DNA from: a virus
Lineage: Duplodnaviria > Caudoviricetes
Length of the DNA: 64,000 nt
IMG/VR virus record: IMGVR_UViG_3300021255_002539
Span: 288,001-352,000 of that record
Direction: 5' to 3' (one strand)
The notes under the pieces are model-generated. The model was not told the origin of the DNA and made no database searches. It was given only the letters and a program-made list of their open reading frames with translations. A program made the position numbers and the translations under genes. Within the stretch, counting starts at the first letter, position 1. The number at the start of each line of letters is the position of its first letter. Below, in pieces: positions 50,881 to 61,451 of this stretch.

Positions 50881-52260
50881 TCAAATGTGCCTGTAGTCGG
50901 GCTTGTAGACCATCTTCTCGCCCCACTCCACGAAGTCCTTGGGTGCGTCAGGAGTGAGGACGAAGAGGGTCGGATAGGGCGGCGGATAGGTGGGCATGTC
51001 AATGTACCCATCCGTGAAGGTGATGCAACAGTTGAAGTCGTCGCCAAGCTCGCGCAGCTTCTTGAAGGCCGGCCGGAAGTCGGACCCACCACCACCCTTC
51101 GCGCTGAACTTGTCGAACTCCATCGGCGTCTCGGGGTCGTAGGTCTTGACATCCTGCACATCGGCATCACACTGAATCATCGTGATTTCGTACTTGCCAA
51201 AGGACTCGACCAGGGACTTGAACTCCGCAAGGAACTTGGGGAGGTCGCCCAGGTAGGAACCCGAGGTGTCGAGGATGAGCGCGGCCTTGATCTTCATGTC
51301 GGTCTTTCCAGGGAGGTACATTCCCCTGCCAAGCGCGTGGCGGGAGCAACGGGACCAGGAGTGATCGCCACCCAGGGTCTTCGTCACGAATTGACTGAGA
51401 GATTCTTTCCAATTGATCTCGGGCTTGAGCATTTCCTTCACCAGATTGTCGATGCCAGCAGGAAGATGCCCCTGCTTGCGCTCAATGCTCTGCGCCACGG
51501 CCGTGACCATTTCCTTGATCCTGTTCTCAGTATCGCGGGCGTCTCCCATCTTGGGGTTGAAGTCGGGGTCGTCTCCCCTCTTGCCAAACTTGCCCTCCTG
51601 CTCCTGGGCGTCACCATTTCCATCGCCCTCGTAGATGTGCTTGTCGAACTGGTTGCCATACTGCCCCTGGTTGTTGCCATTGTTCTGGTTGCCACCACCG
51701 GACGAAGAACCACCACCCTGGGAGTCGCCATCCTGGTCTCCAGAACCACCATCCTGACCCTGGCCGTTGCCCTGACCATTTCCCTGACCACCCTTGCCAT
51801 TTTTCTTCTGCTGCTTCTGCATCTGCTTCATCAAATAGGCGTAGATGTCCTCGGCGTTCTTGCCAGCCACGATGGGATCCGGGAAGCAACCACTCTTGGG
51901 GACTTCAAGACCCTCGTTCTGGAGCATGTGGTTGATCTCCATGTCGGTCGCAATATTCCAAATCTCCTTGTCTCGGGCCTGACGACGGGTGAAGTGGAGG
52001 AAGATGTTGTGCCAAACCTCGTGGGCCAGGACGAATTCGCGTTGTCCAGGGGTGAGATTGGAGTAGAATTCGCAATCGAAGAAGATCCTGTTGCCATCGG
52101 TTGCGGCCGTCAGGCAATTGCGGTCATAGGTGGGGGTGATGGAGAAGCGCAGAAGCATCTCCCCAATGAAGGGATGCTTCTCAAGCAACTTCCAACGGGC
52201 AACCTCCAGCCCCTTGCCAACCTTTTCCTTGACTTCCTTGATGTCAACCTTCTCTGCCAT
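50881..52260 (-). CDS. DUF2201-type metallopeptidase plus vWA domain protein
   Basis: TAATDG, LAHEVWH, WNIATDMEIN, G/Q linker, DTSGS, GGG.DF.P.F, FTDG. Confidence 0.9.
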   Translation of the reverse strand: MAEKVDIKEVKEKVGKGLEVARWKLLEKHPFIGEMLLRFSITPTYDRNCLTAATDGNRIFFDCEFYSNLTPGQREFVLAHEVWHNIFLHFTRRQARDKEIWNIATDMEINHMLQNEGLEVPKSGCFPDPIVAGKNAEDIYAYLMKQMQKQQKKNGKGGQGNGQGNGQGQDGGSGDQDGDSQGGGSSSGGGNQNNGNNQGQYGNQFDKHIYEGDGNGDAQEQEGKFGKRGDDPDFNPKMGDARDTENRIKEMVTAVAQSIERKQGHLPAGIDNLVKEMLKPEINWKESLSQFVTKTLGGDHSWSRCSRHALGRGMYLPGKTDMKIKAALILDTSGSYLGDLPKFLAEFKSLVESFGKYEITMIQCDADVQDVKTYDPETPMEFDKFSAKGGGGSDFRPAFKKLRELGDDFNCCITFTDGYIDMPTYPPPYPTLFVLTPDAPKDFVEWGEKMVYKPDYRHI

Positions 52261-52331
52261 GTTTCCTTCAACCTTCCTGGGTGGCTCTCGGGTGCCACGC
52301 CAAACCCTATTCTCTCCCTCACAACACACAT

Positions 52332-52367
52332 ATTATACCATATTCGGCGGTAAAAAGTCAATACCCC
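52332..52367 (-). promoter_or_regulatory. Class I promoter
   Basis: GGGGTA-TTGACT-N18-TATAAT. Confidence 0.8.
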
Positions 52368-52419
52368 TTATGTTGGAAAAAGGTAAATAATATATCCAAC
52401 AAATGGAGGATACATAGAC

Positions 52420-53244
52420 ATGATTACGATTAACAAATTGGTGACAACTAGATTTGACATGACAACTGGAGGGGGGGAATTAAATAACCCACTGTGCTTT
52501 ACGGCGGTAGATGCTGGTGCTACGATAGCATTCAACAAAGTCGGCAGTCCAGATGCGGCAAGCATCGTGACTTCTACAGATGGACAGAATTGGATAGATT
52601 ATACATTTAATGATGTTATCACTCTTGTCAATGTAGGCGACAAGGTGTATTTCAGAGCAACTGACGAGAACGACATCTCGTTCTACAAAGATGGCAGCAA
52701 CTACTACAGATTTGCTACGACAGATGGAAAGAAGATAGCGGCAAGTGGAAATATCTAGACATTGATGAAGGCAGATGGTTCAAGATTGGACATATCTGGA
52801 AAGGACAGTTGCTATTTCAACATGTTCTACAAATGCACATCCTTGACATCCGCTCCAAGTTTGCAGGCAACAACACTTGCTAATCATTGCTACTAGAGCA
52901 TGTTCTATGGTTGCACATCCTTGATGACGACTCCTGCCCTGCCAGCAACGACTCTTACTGAATACTGTTACGGCAGCATGTTCTAGGGCTGCACATCTTT
53001 GACAACAGCTCCAAGCTTGCCAGCAACGACCCTCGCCAGCGGCTGCTACTTAAATATGTTCCGAGATTGTAGCAATCTCGCTACAATAGATGTCAGCTTT
53101 ACTGCATGGAACCCGACAAACGCAACATCGAGCTGGGTGTATCGCGTTGCAGCATCTGGCACATTCACTTGCCCAGCAGATTTGCCAACGGAGACGACTG
53201 GAAGGAACAACATCCCATCTGGTTGGACTATAGTAGAGAAATGA
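52420..53244 (+). CDS. BspA-like leucine-rich-repeat protein, 274 aa (TAG read-through, 3 TAG)
   Basis: ASGNI-Q-TL, CY-Q-SMFYGCTSL, CYGSMF-Q-GCTSLTTAPSLPATTLA; GGTAAATA at 52382. Confidence 0.88.
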
Positions 53245-53294
53245 CAATAGGATATCGCAAGCAACTCTGATTCCCAATTCAGAATCAGAATATG

Positions 53295-53325
53295 GCCGAG
53301 ATGGGTTGTTCTCCATCTCGGCTTT
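53295..53325 (+). terminator. Intrinsic terminator
   Basis: GCCGAGATGG/CCATCTCGGC followed by TTT. Confidence 0.7.
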
Positions 53326-53358
53326 ACATTTCCCCACATTTCGCGTATAATATGACAT

Positions 53359-54345
53359 ATGAAGATACGTATATTCTCAGACATCCATGTTGACATCAAC
53401 GAGCATTTCCCCTTTTCCTTCAAGGGAGAAGACAAGGACATCTTTACCTTGATCCCAGGGGATGTATCTGGCAATGTCAAGTTGACAGCAAATTGGATTG
53501 AGCAGAACATCCACAATGGCATGTTCATAGCAGGCAACCATGACCCCGCCTACAACGATCTTGGATGGACAATCAAGAGGCAGAAGCAATATCTCGCAGA
53601 CAGGTTCCCCCTTGATGGCAATGTGACATTCCTGGACGAACAGGTTGGGGTGATGTCAAAGCCAATACCCAATACCAACATCCTCGTTGTTGGCTCCACG
53701 CTCTATACCGACTACCAGTATGCGTCTGAATGGACAGTCAAGGCAATCGAGGACGCCAACAACAGAAGGAAGGAATATGACGAGCCGCAACTCACACTGG
53801 ACGAGGTAAACACATCTGCCGCATTCAGGGGACTCAATGACTTTCGGTGGGGTCATGTTGAGGACGAAATTGAGATTGGCAAGCAAAGGTATGTCCGTCC
53901 CCACGACTACAAGAAGTGGTTTGACATCACCTTCAAGAAGATCCAGGAGATTGTGGAGTCCAACCCTGACCAGGACATAATCGTGATGACCCACCATTGT
54001 CCGACGCCAAAGTGCATCTCAGAGCGGTATGTGCAGAACAACATGAACGCATCCTATGTCTCTGACCTGGAGGACTTCATCTTCAAGCATCCGAACATCA
54101 AGGTGTGGTGCTGTGGGCATGTCCATTCGCAGTTCATGTCCCAAATTGGCGACAACAAGCAGTGGATAGTCTGCAACCCCAGAGGATACGAGAGGGAGAT
54201 GGAGAGTCAGACATGGAACCCCAACACCCTCATAGACACCGACACTTGGGAATTGACCACTGCTCCATACGAGAACAAAAAGCTCGACGATGCGAGAAAG
54301 AAGTTCCACGACGACTTCATGAAATACGCACCGTTGTTCTTCTGA
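53359..54345 (+). CDS. Calcineurin-like metallophosphoesterase
   Basis: SDIH, GD, GNHD, THH.P, GHVH, NPRGY; class II promoter at 53323-53351. Confidence 0.9.
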   Translation: MKIRIFSDIHVDINEHFPFSFKGEDKDIFTLIPGDVSGNVKLTANWIEQNIHNGMFIAGNHDPAYNDLGWTIKRQKQYLADRFPLDGNVTFLDEQVGVMSKPIPNTNILVVGSTLYTDYQYASEWTVKAIEDANNRRKEYDEPQLTLDEVNTSAAFRGLNDFRWGHVEDEIEIGKQRYVRPHDYKKWFDITFKKIQEIVESNPDQDIIVMTHHCPTPKCISERYVQNNMNASYVSDLEDFIFKHPNIKVWCCGHVHSQFMSQIGDNKQWIVCNPRGYEREMESQTWNPNTLIDTDTWELTTAPYENKKLDDARKKFHDDFMKYAPLFF

Positions 54346-54346
54346 T

Positions 54347-54718
54347 ATGCGGAACATCCCTAGACTCTCCAGCAATTCCCTCCCAATCATCGTGAAGAGG
54401 TTGGGGAAGAAGGCTGCACAATCGAAGTCCAAGTACAGAATCTCGGCAATGGGCTTCGACAAGCGGGGAGAATTCATGGCGCAGGCATTCAATGGGCTTC
54501 CACAGGATGGCGTCATTGGTCCAGGGTCAGGAAGACACGCCGAAGCCCTGTTGATGGCGAAATATGGTGACTTGCTCAAAACCATAGTCATATCCAGAAT
54601 TGGACATGGTGGGGAATGGAGACCAATTGAACCATGCCACAACTGCAGGAAGATGGCCGACAAACTGGGCGTGAAGTTGATAACGATTGACCAGTGCAAG
54701 GGAGAATCAGATGGTTAA
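54347..54718 (+). CDS. Cytidine/dCMP deaminase-fold protein
   Basis: HAE...PCxxC. Confidence 0.8.
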   Translation: MRNIPRLSSNSLPIIVKRLGKKAAQSKSKYRISAMGFDKRGEFMAQAFNGLPQDGVIGPGSGRHAEALLMAKYGDLLKTIVISRIGHGGEWRPIEPCHNCRKMADKLGVKLITIDQCKGESDG

Positions 54719-55019
54719 GCGGAGTTGTGTACACTACAGATGGAATGGAGACTATTCTCAGGACTTGTGCATGAGGGGTGGTGAACACGCAATCACCGAC
54801 TTCAATTGCAAGAATTGTCAGGACTTCATCACGCACAACAGGGGACTAAAACCATGTCCATTCTGTGGTGGTAAGGCGTACTTGGACAGAACCTACGACT
54901 TGAAGGACGAATGGGAGGTCTTCTGCCAGAAGTGCTTGGTCTCGATGAAGAAGCGTGGAGACATCAAGCGGGTTGTTGATGCTTGGAATTGCCGCAAGAG
55001 CGGCAACAAGCTTCCTTGA
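54711..55019 (+). CDS. Lar-like (restriction alleviation) zinc-finger protein
   Basis: LKPCPFCGG.A..C..C..AWN.R. Confidence 0.75.
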   Translation: MVKRSCVHYRWNGDYSQDLCMRGGEHAITDFNCKNCQDFITHNRGLKPCPFCGGKAYLDRTYDLKDEWEVFCQKCLVSMKKRGDIKRVVDAWNCRKSGNKLP

Positions 55020-55650
55020 CAATCTCCTGGCATGACTTGAAGGGATTTGCGAATGGCGAGAACTCCCCATAGTGGATTCCAGCCTTGAACCTCCACCACT
55101 GATACCCTTCCTCATATGTGTCGAATGTCTCGTTGACGAAGCAGGTTCTGTTTTTGCTCATGTACTGAAACTCACCTGACCTCAAACCTTCCTCAGCATC
55201 TGCCATTGTTGGATATGACTTGCTAAAGGTGAATCTCCATTTGCCATTCTTGAGTTGATGCCCGTGGTGCTTTTCGCAATTCCAGCCATTCTGAATTGGG
55301 GAGCAAGGACGCAAGTTCTGGATTCTGTTGTCCAGTCTGTTCCGATTTTTGTGGTCAATAACCTCTCCCCAAGCCGGTATCATGTCGTTCAAGTAGGCTA
55401 CAACCTGATGCAGAGGGACTCCAAAGCAGAAGACATAGCCATTCTTGTTGACCTTCCACCCAGACCAAGGCAACTGTAGCCAAGTCTTGTCGTCCAATAT
55501 GAATTCGTTGTATTCCCCATTTGAATTACATTGGTAGTTCAACGGTTTTACTACAGCAATGCCATTGACAATGTGGAATTGGTTCTCAATCCCAGGTTCC
55601 TTGATTTGTTGATAATGGTTGCCAAACCTACGGACGAAGTTGTATGTCAT
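54964..55650 (-). CDS. HNH homing endonuclease (HNH_3 plus AP2-like tail)
   Basis: VIDHKNRNRLDNRIQNLR.CS..QN..N, HYGEF. Confidence 0.85.
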   Translation of the reverse strand: MTYNFVRRFGNHYQQIKEPGIENQFHIVNGIAVVKPLNYQCNSNGEYNEFILDDKTWLQLPWSGWKVNKNGYVFCFGVPLHQVVAYLNDMIPAWGEVIDHKNRNRLDNRIQNLRPCSPIQNGWNCEKHHGHQLKNGKWRFTFSKSYPTMADAEEGLRSGEFQYMSKNRTCFVNETFDTYEEGYQWWRFKAGIHYGEFSPFANPFKSCQEIVKEACCRSCGNSKHQQPA

Positions 55651-55670
55651 CTGTATCTCCTTGATGTCGT

Positions 55671-56855
55671 TTACCGATATCGCCCAATTACCTGCAATCT
55701 GAATTGGTTCTTGCACGGCACTCCTACATTGTACTTCTTGAGGGAGTTGAAGTGGGTGTGGATGGGCAGGACTATTGTGAAGCCAGACGCGCTTTTGTTC
55801 ATGAGCATTGGCATCGACACAATGGCGTCGTAGGTTGGCTCCACCTTGTTCTCCAGATCTGTCTTGTCGTACCCAAACACGAACTGCCCTGGCTCGTATG
55901 TGTCGAAGAACACCATGTACTCGTCGTTGGCGAAGTCCTCGTCGAACACAATCTGCTTGAAGAAGATGTTGGTGCCATACCTCAAGTTGTTGAACTGCTG
56001 CACTGGTGGGTCCTCCCAATCGTCAACCTCCCACACATCCCTCATCAAGTCCTCGTTCAGAAGGACTGGGAACAGATTCTGGTTCTCGATGTACTTCTGA
56101 GAGAATATGGTCTGGTCTGACTCGTCCCACACCGGCGACTTCATCCTGAAGTACCTTCTGTCGGCAATCTTGACCTGTTGGTTCGCCTTTTCGTCGAATC
56201 CATACTTGATGCTCATCTCCATTATGCCATTGGTGGACTTCCTGATCTCGCCATATGCCGTTTCCTTGACCTCGTTCACCAATGTGTGCTTCTTGCTCTC
56301 AATCCTCCATGGGGTCTGCAGGTTCGAGTAGTCCTTCCTCAGCAAGTTGCTCTCAATCTCGTTCGCCCCAATCAAGCCATGATCCTCAGCAACATGCTCG
56401 TCCAGAAGCCCCTTGAACACATCCACCACGACATCCCTGAGCCCATTCAAGTCCTGAAGCAAGTACGACATCGGATTCAGAAGAACCCAATTCGTCTTGC
56501 TGAAGTCTGGTATGCCATCCACCATGTCGTATCCTGGCATCGCGTTGTTCAGTTGCTCGGATGTGGACATCAACAGGAACACGAACTCCCTCTTGCCTTG
56601 CTCCACAGTGTTCTGGTTGTCTTGCTTGAAGTACAGAACCACATCCCCCTTGTTGTACGATACAGTGGAATCCCACATCGTTATCGCCTTCCCAATCGAA
56701 TCTACCCCAATCCTCTTCTTCACATCATCGGTGAGGCACTGCATCTATTTCAAAACCCTGTGTATCCCCTGTATGGTCAAGGGTTCGTTGGGGGAGAGGA
56801 ACTACACATCTTGTATCCTCTGCTTGAACCAGCTATAGTCAATCTTCGTTGCCAT
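55671..56855 (-). CDS. 394-aa probable virion protein (TAG read-through, 2 TAG)
   Basis: Extends upstream through two TAGs to ATG 56855, which overlaps the previous gene; WD..SY..GDVV module. Confidence 0.7.
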
Positions 56856-57264
56856 GTCTCTTGCTCAAATCGTAGTCAATTATGTCCTTAAGCTCGTCCT
56901 CGTACTCCGACTGGAAGGAGCCAAACCCCAGAACCTTGTTGTTATATATGCAATAGAAGCACTGTCCATAGTCGTCCAGGAAAACAGGAACAGAAACCCC
57001 TTTGTAGGTTATGGTCTCCACATAATCCTCCAACTCAATCTTGAAGGTGTCAATCCCAACGAAGAAGTCCTGAAACTCCGACAGCGACTTGAACAAACCA
57101 CAACACTCCCAATTGTCCCTGTCCACAGAGTATTCGCATGGTCTGTCCATATCGACCACCCCACTCAAGTTGTATGTGTACCTGTAGTAGCCAGGCTGCA
57201 AGTGGCGGCCGTCCTTGTCAATCTCAGAATCCAGTTTGTGTATTATGTAGAATGTCGTGTTCAT
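56839..57264 (-). CDS. Hypothetical late protein
   Basis: ATGGTAAATA at 57279-57288. Confidence 0.6.
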   Translation of the reverse strand: MNTTFYIIHKLDSEIDKDGRHLQPGYYRYTYNLSGVVDMDRPCEYSVDRDNWECCGLFKSLSEFQDFFVGIDTFKIELEDYVETITYKGVSVPVFLDDYGQCFYCIYNNKVLGFGSFQSEYEDELKDIIDYDLSKRHGNED

Positions 57265-57334
57265 ATCTTAATTATATGTATTTACCATTTCCATCCAATG
57301 TTGTATAATATAATGGCAAGGAAAGGCTAAAAAC

Positions 57335-58429
57335 ATGAGGATAATCGAGGAAACGCAGTTGGACTTCAGCGACTTGTTGATTTCGCCGAAGAGAAGCACA
57401 TTGAACTCACGAAGCGAGGTAAGTCTGCTCAGGACATTCAATTGGACAGGTCTGGATGGAAAGACCACCAACACATTGGAGTGCATTCCGATAATGGCGT
57501 CGAACATGGCGACTACTGGTACGCCAGAGATGGCGAGGATATTGACAAAGCGGGGCTTCATGTGTTGCCTGGAGAAGCACATCCCAATTCAGGAGATTTG
57601 CGACTTGTATGTTGAACTTGAAAGAGCGGGGGTGCAGAGCTGGAAGTCAAATCCAATTGAATACACCCAGAGACTGGTACCATCAATTGGCATCAAGGAA
57701 AGTCTGGATGGGTTCAAGCGGTTGGCGGAGGAACACAAGGTCACTTGCGTGTGCGTGGATGTCCCAAATGGCTACATCCCCAACTTCATGACGCGGGTGA
57801 AGGATGTCGTGAATCTGTTTCCAAATGCTCTGGTGTTCGCAGGGAATGTGGTGACTGGGGACATTTGCCAGGATCTCATATTCAATCACGCCACGGTGCC
57901 GAAATGTGGCTTAGGTAACGGAAGCGTCTGTGTTACTCGAGCAAAGACAGGCGTTGGTCGTCCACAGGCATCCACCTTGATTGAATGTGCAGACGAATGC
58001 CATCAGGTTGGGGGCTTCTGCTTGTGCGATGGTGGATGCACGACCCCAGGAGACATCGTAAAGGCGTTTGGCTGCGGGGCAGACTTCGTGATGCTTGGTG
58101 GCATGTTCGCTGGCGTAGAGGAAGCTGCTGGCGAGATCGTGGAGATTGACGGCAAGCGGTTCAAGCAATTCTATGGCATGTCGTCCAACCTGGCCCAGGA
58201 GAAGCACTTTGGGGGAGTCCGCTCGTATTCAACCACAGAGGGTCGGGAGGTTCTGATTCCAGTCACAGGGACGCTTGACGAAGCACTGGACGACATAGAG
58301 GGTGGCATCAAGTCAGCGATGTGCTACATTGGTGCCAGGCAGTTGAAGAACATCCCAAAGAACTGCACGTTCTACAAGGTACACAACCAGTTGAACACCA
58401 GGTTCGCAAACTGCCAGCACATACGCTAA
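57335..58429 (+). CDS. guaC: GMP reductase
   Basis: LDF.D.LI.PKRSTL.SRSEV, DV.NGY, G.GSVC.TR..TGVG.PQ, FYGMSS, EG. Confidence 0.93.
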   Translation: MRIIEETQLDFSDLLISPKRSTLNSRSEVSLLRTFNWTGLDGKTTNTLECIPIMASNMATTGTPEMARILTKRGFMCCLEKHIPIQEICDLYVELERAGVQSWKSNPIEYTQRLVPSIGIKESLDGFKRLAEEHKVTCVCVDVPNGYIPNFMTRVKDVVNLFPNALVFAGNVVTGDICQDLIFNHATVPKCGLGNGSVCVTRAKTGVGRPQASTLIECADECHQVGGFCLCDGGCTTPGDIVKAFGCGADFVMLGGMFAGVEEAAGEIVEIDGKRFKQFYGMSSNLAQEKHFGGVRSYSTTEGREVLIPVTGTLDEALDDIEGGIKSAMCYIGARQLKNIPKNCTFYKVHNQLNTRFANCQHIR

Positions 58430-58430
58430 A

Positions 58431-59567
58431 TCAATAAGGCGTATAGTCGTCTGTCCCTTCTGGGTTCTCGGCTTGCAGTTCTTCCTCGGTTGGTGCTATG
58501 TTCTCGTCAACATCCACCCAAGGCCTGGTTTCGATTGGCTAATAAGGTAGACCCCATTGATTCATGTAGTTTTGGGATTGTATCAACTGCGTCATGTGAT
58601 CTGGCGTAATCTCAACTTCTTGGTCATACAACCTATGCCTTGGACTCACCCATGTCAATCCGTCTCCGGCCTCTGGCTTGTATCCAAATGGCTTGTTTAT
58701 CCAATCTGGGGCCTCTAGTTCCCCTGTGTCTGGGTTCTTCTGGTAGTCTATGATCCAATCCAACATCTCGTATTCTGGATATGGAATCTGCCCATTGTCG
58801 AGCTTGTCCATGTAGTTCTCTATGGACATCTGATGCTGCTCAATCTCTGATGGCTGGTCGATTCTCCCCGTGTTGTTCTTTGGCACATTGTCCTGGTCTG
58901 GCTCCAGATATGGAACAGCGTGGATTTCCGCCGATACCTTCGTGATTGGCGCGATGAATGGATTGGTGAGACCGAGTTCACCTTGCTCAGTTCCCCCGAA
59001 TATGTGCGTCTTGTAGGTGAAGTTCAAGGTTGCTGTGTGTATCTCGTCAGTGTCCTTGGATATGTCTGGCGAGGACTCTATGTTTATGTCAGGGGACATC
59101 ACGACCTGGGATGTGTACTTGACGTTTCGGTACTTCGGGTGTCTGCTCGACACATAGACATCAGTGTTGAAGAATGGCATAATCTGCCCCAGCATCATGT
59201 CTATGTCCGACAACCATCGAGAGGCCAATACCACCGTGTACTGGATGTCTATTGGGCATGGCGTGTAGAGGTTGTAGTTTACGCGGCCTTCCTGTTCCTG
59301 GTTCTTGATTTCGTTGTGGAGGTTGGTTATCCTGGCAGTCGCTATGGACAACCCAGTCCTCTGGACAGTAATCAATGGAAGCGTCAACCCCTCCTTCTCC
59401 AAGTTCTTGAATATGCGGTTTCTGTCGGCCAGAACTACTGGAACATCTATTGTAACACGGGTCTTGTTCTCGTCGTCCTATGACCTCGTTATCCTGAAGT
59501 TCCTGAACAACCCCGAGAACAGGATGTTCGCCAATTTCAATTCGTTGTTGAAGTTTCTTATCTACAT
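58431..59567 (-). CDS. Tail sheath stabilizer/terminator (gp15-like), 378 aa (TAG read-through, 3 TAG, one at codon 2)
   Basis: F..LF.N..I.R..I.VP..LP.I..P.P..I.Y..QI.PFF; the recoded ORF ends 2 nt from the guaC stop; ATGGTAAATA at 59586-59595. Confidence 0.8.
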
Positions 59568-59588
59568 GGAATATACCTCAATTGGTAT

Positions 59589-59885
59589 TTACCATGTTCC
59601 ATCGTAGAAATATCTGTCATAGTCCCAAACTGGGCAAGGTGGCGACCCCACAATGGTGTAGTCCTTGTAGTTTGCACATATGTCGAGTCCCCTTTGCCTC
59701 ATTGCGTCAAGTAGGATGCCGAAATCAGCATCTTCCTCCAAATAGGCATAGTCACCGTCCATAAATGAGAACTCGCTTATCTTATCGGCTATTCCCAAGG
59801 CAACCAAATCCTTTTTTGGAACTCTCATCCATCCATGGCTTGGATCTTCGTAGAAGCAATAGTCTTCGGATTGTTTGAACTTCAT
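59589..59885 (-). CDS. Conserved small phage protein (DP.HGW..V / YLEED family)
   Basis: Motifs; class II promoter TTTACA-N17-TATAAT at 59912-59940. Confidence 0.7.
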   Translation of the reverse strand: MKFKQSEDYCFYEDPSHGWMRVPKKDLVALGIADKISEFSFMDGDYAYLEEDADFGILLDAMRQRGLDICANYKDYTIVGSPPCPVWDYDRYFYDGTW

Positions 59886-59912
59886 TGTATACTATTCCTT
59901 TCTTCAACCACA

Positions 59913-61451
59913 TTATACGCCAATTCCAAATGTCTGTAAAGTCAAGTTCTTGATGTCTTTGCCCCGAAGGATTATGACATTGTTCGCCAACATACACTGG
60001 TGCTTGGCTTCCATGACTTTGCATTTCCATTCGTATTCCTCGTCAGACAAGTCTCCCTTCCAAGTCAAGTACATTTCTTCTTTTCCAGTTGATTCGTTGA
60101 TTCTGAAGAAGTTATCGCCCTTGACTTCCACTATTCTGTCACCAACAAGAAAGTCTGGATGATATGTATGATGCGTTCCTTCACAATCAAATGGAATTCC
60201 TATTGATGGTTGGTACTCGAAGGGAATGTGGTTCTCAGTCAGGAAGTCATAGACCTTGAATTCCCACGAATTCCAAAATGTCATGTCTGGGTACTTGGGG
60301 TTCGTATACCGCTTGTGTGCCTTGGATGCGAATTCATTGGATTGCGAATAATGTGAAACGCCATATTTGCGCTCACATGTTTCACATATCTTCTCCTTCA
60401 CCTCCTCTGCCTGAAACGAATACTCAACTCCAAAACGTTCCTTGCATGTCTCCCGACTTTGTTGCTTCGATGATTCCAATTGGGAAGTGAATTCAACTCC
60501 ATGCTTCTCCAAGTTGTCCCTCTTCATCTTCTCAAATATCTCTTTGGATTGAAGTGGATGCTCAACACCATGATTCGCAAGGCAAGTCGCCTTTGACTTT
60601 TCCAGCAACTCGGTGTTTTGCAGAGGATGCTCGACATTAAAGTGCAGTTTTGTCGTCTGCTTGGCCTTCTCCATGAAAACCTTGCTTTCCAACGCATGCT
60701 TGACGCCGTGGCGTTCAAGCATCGTCTCCTCAATTCTTCTTCTGATGGTTGGAGACTGCAATCCAGTTCCGCCATGCCTCTCCATGTTCGTCCTGCGTAT
60801 CTTCTCCTTCGTTTTCTCCAACCTGCATGTCGCCTGTGCCTTTTCGCGTATCTCTTTTATCTGATATGGATTCGTGACGCCGTGCCTCCTGACCATCGTC
60901 TGCCTCATCTTCTCCTGAACCTCCTTGTTTTGGCATGGATTTTTGCACCCATATCTTAGTTCGCAAGTCTTCTCAATCCTCTCACGAATCTCCTTTGATT
61001 GAAATACGGACGAAACTCCATATCTGCTCTCGCAGGTTCGTTTCAACTTGTTTTTGGTCTCATCCAACTGCATCATGTTCTTGACACCATGGAGTCTGAT
61101 GCATGTTTCCTCTCTACGCTTCACGACATCCTCATCCTTGCCCATGCATGCATAGCAGCAATGTTCCCTGAATGCCTTTTTGCGCTTGTTCCATCTAGTT
61201 GGGTTCTTCCCACATGTTTTGCAGATGGGGGCAGATTTCAACCCATGCTCAAGGCAGTACAGACGCGCCTCGAACATAATGTCTCGTTCTGCCAAGAAGT
61301 CAGTTCTGCGCTTGACCTCTCCTATTATGTTCGCGCATGCTTTTCTGAACTTATTCGGCGAATATCCAAGAGACTTGACTTGCAAAAGGAGCTCTTCGTC
61401 AGATAGTTGCTTTAGTTCGTCAGAAGTATAGTGTATAATTGACTTAGCCAT
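59913..61451 (-). CDS. Homing-endonuclease-like protein: T...(R/K)(Y/H)GV repeats plus a C-terminal PD-(D/E)xK nuclease
   Basis: About 11 repeats of about 25 aa, N-terminal CxxC...C..C, S.WE, YHPDF..IVEVKG. Confidence 0.8.
   Translation of the reverse strand: MAKSIIHYTSDELKQLSDEELLLQVKSLGYSPNKFRKACANIIGEVKRRTDFLAERDIMFEARLYCLEHGLKSAPICKTCGKNPTRWNKRKKAFREHCCYACMGKDEDVVKRREETCIRLHGVKNMMQLDETKNKLKRTCESRYGVSSVFQSKEIRERIEKTCELRYGCKNPCQNKEVQEKMRQTMVRRHGVTNPYQIKEIREKAQATCRLEKTKEKIRRTNMERHGGTGLQSPTIRRRIEETMLERHGVKHALESKVFMEKAKQTTKLHFNVEHPLQNTELLEKSKATCLANHGVEHPLQSKEIFEKMKRDNLEKHGVEFTSQLESSKQQSRETCKERFGVEYSFQAEEVKEKICETCERKYGVSHYSQSNEFASKAHKRYTNPKYPDMTFWNSWEFKVYDFLTENHIPFEYQPSIGIPFDCEGTHHTYHPDFLVGDRIVEVKGDNFFRINESTGKEEMYLTWKGDLSDEEYEWKCKVMEAKHQCMLANNVIILRGKDIKNLTLQTFGIGV

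Noticed and set aside
50740-52353. 537-aa plus-strand ORF and other long antisense ORFs (e.g. 32563-33678, 10652-11638)
   Set aside because: Shadow ORFs opposite motif-bearing genes, caused by codon bias; no SD or domain motifs
54964-56019. 351-aa HNH ORF as called, or an intron/intein
   Set aside because: Its N-terminal part overlaps the 55671 gene out of frame, so the real start is probably 55650 (AAGGAG SD); no interrupted host gene or splice motifs seen
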